From the IMG/VR virus record IMGVR_UViG_2609459852_000001: a stretch of DNA of 9,265 nt. The stretch is one strand, 5' to 3'. Source of the stretch: a virus. Its lineage: Monodnaviria; Loebvirae; Hofneiviricota; Faserviricetes; Tubulavirales; Inoviridae. Every line of letters begins with the position of its first letter. Position 1 is the first letter of the stretch. The notes under the pieces are model-generated. The model did not search any database. It was not told where the DNA came from and saw nothing but the letters and a program-made list of their open reading frames with translations. Position numbers and translations under genes: made by a program. Shown in pieces: positions 1-9,265 of this stretch.

Positions 1-2125
<2,125 letters not shown>

Positions 2126-2206
2126 TCATGAAGATATTCCGCTTCCTCGACCACTCGCTCACTACGTTCGGTCGCTGGGTCTGCGGCGAGCGGAGTGTCC
2201 TCTGTC

Positions 2207-3421
<1,215 letters not shown>

Positions 3422-3434
3422 TTACCCCGCAAAA

Positions 3435-3794
3435 TTACTTGCCAATATTAAGTCCATTTGATTTAAATAAATCATAAACCAATCGATACACTCTATCCTT
3501 ATAAAGATATATGTATGAAATAAATTGAACATGGAGGATAATATTAAAGCAGTCCTGAATATTTAAAGGCAGGTAACTGAATGCAACTATAATAACATCG
3601 AGTTTATTAACATCGGAGATTTGACGAATAATAAAATTAACGGCAGATACAAGAGCATAATATGAAGTGTAGCAAAGACCAAGATAAGAAAGGAGCTTAG
3701 CCCATGCAACAGCTTTATCACCGATAACTCCTGCAATGAAACGTAGTGATTTTAAAACAACATCAACAAAAAAAGCACCTAAAATGGCCCACAT
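3435..3794 (-). CDS. pVI-like minor coat protein (distal tip, membrane protein)
   Basis: 119-aa strongly hydrophobic ORF at the gVI position between gIII and gI. Its ATG (3794-3792) overlaps the pIII stop codon (TGATG coupling), with GAGG about 10 nt upstream. AT-rich composition. Assignment by position, size and hydrophobicity. Confidence 0.6.
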   Translation of the reverse strand: MWAILGAFFVDVVLKSLRFIAGVIGDKAVAWAKLLSYLGLCYTSYYALVSAVNFIIRQISDVNKLDVIIVAFSYLPLNIQDCFNIILHVQFISYIYLYKDRVYRLVYDLFKSNGLNIGK

Positions 3795-5203
3795 CAGAGT
3801 TTTACCTCACGTTCAAATAATGTACGACGAGAAATAACAAAAACGCGTAACATGGTTATCATATAAATAGCATACTCAAGAACAGAACGAACATAATCGT
3901 CATAAGCTTTTGCAAAATGGCTTGTATCAATCTTGAAATTAATCGCGCCAGTCAACGGAAGATTAAAGCTAAATTGTAAAGTAAAAGGAAGAGCAGTTCC
4001 ATTATTTGTATTTACCAGTTTGTCAATATTAACTGTAAGCCAATTGTTATTATCATGACTCTCACTTCCCTGTCCTGGCAAGTAATGCGAAAGCTCCCCT
4101 AAAGGGAAATCCCCATCAGGCAAAGAAGAAGCTATATTCTGACTAATATCTTTAATACCATTGTCCAGTGAATTTAATGCATTATTCATATCAGTCTGAG
4201 AAACAGAAAAAGCATTATTTAAATCATTCACTGACACCCATATTGTTTTTAACCAGCCCAAAATACCATCAAGCCAGCCATTGTCATCGCCGGATGAGCC
4301 ACCGGAGCCTGAACTACCGCTACCGGATGAACCGCCGGAGCCCGAGCCGGAGCCACCGCTACCGGATGAACCACCGGAGCCTGAACCTGAACCACCACTG
4401 CCCGATGAGCCGCCGGAACCCGAGCCGGAGCCACCGCTACCGGATGAACCACCGGAGCCAGAACCTGAACCACCACTGCCGGATGAGCCGCCGGAACCCG
4501 AGCCGGAGCCACCACTGCCGGATGAACCGCCAGAGCCTGTCGTATTATCGCAATTGTCGTCGTCACAACCAGAGCCACTCCCTGTATTGTCGTCAGGATT
4601 TTTATTGGCGGCAGCCACGCCAACAGAACGCATACTCTGAGCGATACAATTCCCGTCGTCATCACACTCGTTAAAATCAATCAAATAACGACAGCCATTA
4701 ATTTCCAGGGACTGAGATTCCTGCCCGTTACCCGTATCAACCCAGACAACATCACCAAGAGAATATGAAAAGTCCTTAATTACCGGACGGGAAAGACAAT
4801 TTTCTTCGGTAACCGGCTTATTATATTCAGGTGTCAAATCACCCTCACCTCCCTGAAAAGCAAGGGTGCAGGTTTCCCACTCTTGCTTGTCTAAATCCCA
4901 GACTTTATATGCATGCCATTTGGCAGAAACAAAATTCCCAACGGTAGAAGGTGCGGCAGAAACCTTTGAAGGATTGTCGCCGCAATAATGAATTATTCCG
5001 GAACATGCATCAACACTGGCCCAGCCACAAAAAATATGACCAGCCCCCCTGGCTAATTTAATCGACGTCCCCGCGTCCGAATAAGCTGTCCTGCAGGATA
5101 AACGGCCTGCACACTGAACAAGTGCATCCGGATTTTCTTTCCCCTCAGCAAAAGAAAACGAGGAAAAGAACAAAAACAGAAACGGAAAAATAAGACGAAT
5201 CAA
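3794..5203 (-). CDS. pIII-like minor coat / adsorption protein with Gly/Ser-rich linker
   Basis: 469-aa ORF. Start is TTG at 5203-5201 (no in-frame ATG before the signal peptide) with AGGAG 7 nt upstream. Signal peptide MIRLIFPFLFLFFSSFSFA, a Cys-rich N-terminal domain, an ~80-residue Gly/Ser linker (GSGGSSGSGGSGS repeats), and a C-terminal domain ending in a hydrophobic anchor (YAIYMITMLRVFVISRR). This is the classic pIII architecture. Confidence 0.85.
   Translation of the reverse strand: MIRLIFPFLFLFFSSFSFAEGKENPDALVQCAGRLSCRTAYSDAGTSIKLARGAGHIFCGWASVDACSGIIHYCGDNPSKVSAAPSTVGNFVSAKWHAYKVWDLDKQEWETCTLAFQGGEGDLTPEYNKPVTEENCLSRPVIKDFSYSLGDVVWVDTGNGQESQSLEINGCRYLIDFNECDDDGNCIAQSMRSVGVAAANKNPDDNTGSGSGCDDDNCDNTTGSGGSSGSGGSGSGSGGSSGSGGSGSGSGGSSGSGGSGSGSGGSSGSGGSGSGSGGSSGSGGSGSGSGGSSGSGSSGSGGSSGDDNGWLDGILGWLKTIWVSVNDLNNAFSVSQTDMNNALNSLDNGIKDISQNIASSLPDGDFPLGELSHYLPGQGSESHDNNNWLTVNIDKLVNTNNGTALPFTLQFSFNLPLTGAINFKIDTSHFAKAYDDYVRSVLEYAIYMITMLRVFVISRRTLFEREVKL
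4289..4537. repeat. Tandem 39-bp (13-codon) direct repeats, about 6 copies, encoding the pIII Gly/Ser linker
   Basis: The motif CCGGATGA(A/G)CC(A/G)CCGGAGCC recurs at 4323, 4362, 4401, 4440, 4479 and 4518 (39-bp period), with a 33-bp variant at 4290. Copies alternate between two sequence variants, giving a 78-bp higher-order unit. In-frame with pIII. Confidence 0.9.
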
Positions 5204-5224
5204 GCAAAAACTCCTGAAATGATT

Positions 5225-5246
5225 AAAAAAGCGCCCCGAAGGGCGC
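5225..5246 (-). terminator. Rho-independent terminator downstream of the pVIII gene
   Basis: Perfect 6-bp GC stem GCGCCC (5231-5236) / GGGCGC (5241-5246) with a 4-nt loop, followed on the minus strand by a T6 run (A-tract 5225-5230 on plus). It lies 17 nt after the pVIII stop and just upstream of the pIII SD, matching the position of the strong terminator after gVIII in Ff phages. Confidence 0.65.
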
Positions 5247-5262
5247 TGTCGTTAAATAACTA

Positions 5263-5523
<261 letters not shown>

Positions 5524-5529
5524 TTAAAA

Positions 5530-5700
5530 TTAATTAACAGCATCGCTGAACATCCGGCAGACCAGAGTGAAAATAACACCAAGGCCAAAGCCAAGAAGCC
5601 AGCAGACAATCCAGACATACAGAACGGCCCAGTAAAGCTCTCCGTCCTGTACGCCAGAATTCAGTGCGGATAAAACACCGCTGAAATCAAATTCAGTCAT
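5530..5700 (-). CDS. Small hydrophobic protein at the gIX position (putative minor coat protein)
   Basis: 56-aa reading (MTEFDFSGV...YWAVLYVWIVCWLLGFGLGVIFTLV...) from ATG 5700-5698, which overlaps the stop of the upstream small ORF (ATGACTGA). The alternative GTG start at 5733 gives 67 aa. No clear SD for either start. Single TM segment. Confidence 0.35.
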   Translation of the reverse strand: MTEFDFSGVLSALNSGVQDGELYWAVLYVWIVCWLLGFGLGVIFTLVCRMFSDAVN

Positions 5701-5833
5701 AATAACGCTGAACAGTAATGCTTTGTGAGTCACAGGCGCGAATCAGTTTTATTCCGATGCCAAAACCTGAAGAAAATAAAATCATTGCAGGAGCAGCAAA
5801 TAAAACAAAGTTCAGAAAATCAGCGTCAGACAT
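5693..5833 (-). CDS. Small hydrophobic protein at the gVII position (putative minor coat protein)
   Basis: 46-aa reading from ATG 5833-5831, 2 nt after the stop (5838-5840) of the 141-aa ORF. MSDADFLNFVLFAAPAMILFSSGFGIGI... has one hydrophobic segment, and its N-terminus resembles remembered M13 pVII (MEQVADFDTIY...). The ORF track extends it to 5887 in another frame. Confidence 0.45.
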   Translation of the reverse strand: MSDADFLNFVLFAAPAMILFSSGFGIGIKLIRACDSQSITVQRYYD

Positions 5834-5837
5834 ATCA

Positions 5838-6263
5838 TCAGCCTTTTTCTTTACCAGCGGGCAGTGCACCCAGCGGCTGACCGTCAAAACGTTTCATGGA
5901 GCCGGAAATAAAACGATACCAGACACCATGACGTTCAGAGCCTGTCGACCATGAGTTAACATCCACCGTGAGATAAACAGGTTTGCCCTGCAAATCAGGA
6001 CATGAATTAAAAAATTTAAAATCCTCCTCAGTACAGGAAAAGCGCTCATGCTCCTCACGGCGGACTTTTAATTTTCGGTCCTCATACGGATAGGCAATAA
6101 CAATGGCATATTTGGGTTTGGCCTCAGGGTTATAATGAGAACCCGTGGGTTTTAACTCCTCATCATTTATGACAGTGGCGTGAATAAAATATCCCGCCAT
6201 TGTCATACCTGCGGTAAAACCCTCAGGGGAAGGAAACGGAAAACTGTCATAAATTTGATTCAT
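5838..6263 (-). CDS. Hypothetical protein at the gene V position (possible ssDNA-binding protein)
   Basis: 141-aa ORF with ATG at 6263-6261 and a strong SD (GAGGAG at 6278-6273, 9-nt spacer), 30 nt after the rep stop. It occupies the slot of gV in Ff synteny but is larger than M13 pV (87 aa). Only weak local resemblance (QGKPVYL vs M13 pV QGKPYSL), so function is inferred from position. Confidence 0.5.
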   Translation of the reverse strand: MNQIYDSFPFPSPEGFTAGMTMAGYFIHATVINDEELKPTGSHYNPEAKPKYAIVIAYPYEDRKLKVRREEHERFSCTEEDFKFFNSCPDLQGKPVYLTVDVNSWSTGSERHGVWYRFISGSMKRFDGQPLGALPAGKEKG

Positions 6264-6293
6264 AAATCAGACTCCTCAATGTTAAAAATTCAG

Positions 6294-9265
<2,972 letters not shown>

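Noticed and set aside
4289-4537. Possible CRISPR array suggested by regular 39-bp periodicity
   Set aside because: The units are contiguous with no unique spacers, are in-frame coding sequence for a Gly/Ser linker, and there are no cas genes nearby.
4168-4680. Plus-strand ORFs 4168-4674 and 4281-4640 and minus-strand ORF 4249-4680 with highly repetitive products (PEPEPE, HRYRMNHRS and AVHPVAV repeats)
   Set aside because: These are alternative-frame and antisense readings of the pIII Gly/Ser tandem repeat. They are repeat artefacts nested in a well-supported gene, not independent genes.

Overview
The whole window reads as one compact gene array on the minus strand with the synteny of an Ff-like filamentous phage (inovirus), probably a prophage or integrated replicative form. 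Reading in the direction of transcription (high to low coordinates): an IS110-family DEDD recombinase (8300-9265), a large rolling-circle Rep with a Y-x3-K-Y-x2-K motif (6294-8297), a 141-aa ORF at the gene V position, two small hydrophobic ORFs at the gVII/gIX positions, the pVIII major coat gene, a strong hairpin terminator, pIII with a Gly/Ser tandem-repeat linker, pVI, a pI/Zot-like assembly ATPase, the pIV secretin, and finally a strikingly AT-rich cargo gene (1-660) encoding a membrane-anchored protein with a PD-(D/E)xK-like motif pattern. Most genes are separated by 2-30 nt or overlap at stop/start codons. The two things I consider most worth follow-up are the AT-rich nuclease-like cargo gene and the IS110-type recombinase abutting Rep, which may be the phage integrase. 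Composition is mosaic: the cargo gene and the pVI plus pIII C-terminal block are much more AT-rich than the rest, and a GC-rich palindrome with a C9 tract sits inside the 3' end of rep. No rRNA, tRNA or CRISPR array was seen. All homology statements come from reading the translations against remembered family features; no database search was run.
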